DNA of 64,000 bases from Ranitomeya imitator (lineage: Eukaryota): positions 469,960,001 through 470,024,000 of the forward strand of contig NC_091286.1 of the NCBI RefSeq assembly GCF_032444005.1, given 5' to 3'. Of the stretch, positions 63,624 through 64,000 are shown in pieces. The notes beneath the pieces were generated by a model. The model was not told where the DNA came from. It searched no databases and saw only the letters and a list, made by a program, of their open reading frames with translations. Made by a program: the position numbers and the translations under genes. Positions within the stretch are counted from its first letter, which is position 1; every line of letters starts with the position of its first letter.

Positions 63624-64000
63624 GGGTACCGTCACACAGTGGCATTTTGATCGTTACGACGGCACGATCCGTGACGCTCCAGCGTCGTAACAATATCGCT
63701 CCAGCGTCGTAGACTGCTGTCACACTTTGCAATGTACGACGCTGGAGCGATAATTTCATGACGTATGTGCGATGTAGAAGCCGTTGGTTACTATGCGCAC
63801 ATCGTATACGATATATGTTACACCATGCGATCATGCCGCCACAGCGGGACACTAGACGACAAAAGAAAGTTTCAAACGATCTGCTACGACGTACGATTCT
63901 CAGCGGGGTCCCTGATCGCAGGAGCGTGTCAGACACTGCGATCTCGTAACTATATCGCTCGAACGTCACAAATCGTGCCGTCGTAGCGATCAAAATTGCA
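63624..64000. mobile_element. Harbinger-type MITE running off the window end
   Basis: TAA|GGGTACCGTCACAC start; CpG-rich internal symmetry (TTTTGATCGTTACGACGGCACGAT / ATCGTGCCGTCGTAGCGATCAAAA). Confidence 0.75.

Overview
Eukaryotic, AT-rich window made almost entirely of transposable elements. The repeat families (TTAA piggyBac and T2/Kolobok MITEs, TWA Harbinger MITEs, Tc1, CR1, L2, RTEX) point to an anuran amphibian genome; this is inference. No host gene is recognisable, apart from two weak phase-compatible exon candidates near 43.9-44.4 kb. The largest feature is a 7.7-kb piggyBac (12910-20623) that splits a CR1 LINE at a duplicated TTAA. Its 589-codon transposase carries one nonsense codon and a C-terminal frameshift, and the element holds two large internal tandem arrays. 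Other elements: four solo LTRs with TSDs, several Tc1 copies (one is intact apart from two +1A homopolymer slips), CR1, L2 and RTEX LINE fragments, many MITEs, and a train of elements nested in (TA)n at 52-62 kb. The most notable signal is a cluster of short Penelope-like/retrozyme-type insertions carrying minimal type I hammerhead ribozyme motifs at about 39.6, 41.4/41.6, 46.9 and 47.4 kb. Two have long TSDs and begin about 5 nt upstream of the ribozyme, and two form fold-back inversions. Most of the supplied ORFs are spurious repeat-derived frames. There are two N gaps.
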